DNA of 64,000 nucleotides, from positions 44,020,001 through 44,084,000 of the forward strand of contig CM059436.1 in the NCBI GenBank assembly GCA_030390025.1, given 5' to 3'. Of this stretch, positions 63,946 to 64,000 are shown piece by piece. A program made the position numbers and the translations under genes. Below the pieces are notes generated by a model. It did not search any database. It had not been told where the DNA came from and saw only the letters and a program-made list of their open reading frames with translations. Source of the DNA: Squalus acanthias. Lineage: Eukaryota. Numbering within the stretch: the stretch's first letter is position 1; every line of letters starts with the position of its first letter.

Positions 63946-64000
63946 AAGCTCCAACTCTGCTCATTGCTTCCCAAATTGCCCTATGTTGTGCTATTTCACC

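Overview
Vertebrate genomic DNA, most likely a cartilaginous fish (shark or ray). The inference rests on an HE1-type V-SINE, abundant CR1 LINEs with (CATAGAAA)n tails, Deu-domain SINEs and Penelope-like elements. Two host genes diverge. LPGAT1 is on the minus strand, with its first coding exon at 5042-5279 and a CpG-rich promoter at about 7.7-8.2 kb. NEK2 is on the plus strand, with seven coding exons between 44801 and 62570 and a cell-cycle-type promoter (CCAAT/CHR/E2F). Much of the remainder is transposon-derived: CR1, L2, Tx1, Vingi-like, Penelope-like, solo LTRs, and hAT, Tc1/pogo and Harbinger-like MITEs. Many are nested and have readable target-site duplications (TSDs). The most notable observations are: (1) a near-perfect ~820 bp palindrome in a NEK2 intron, centred on a CR1 tail microsatellite; (2) three minimal hammerhead ribozyme motifs in Penelope pseudo-LTRs; (3) two related solo LTRs in inverted orientation just upstream of the NEK2 promoter; (4) a four-level nested insertion; (5) NEK2 exon 7 and LPGAT1/NEK2 orientation differing from human as I recall it. 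No prokaryote-type system or CRISPR array is present. Most ORFs in the track are TE fragments or antisense shadows. Repeat boundaries without a stated TSD are approximate.
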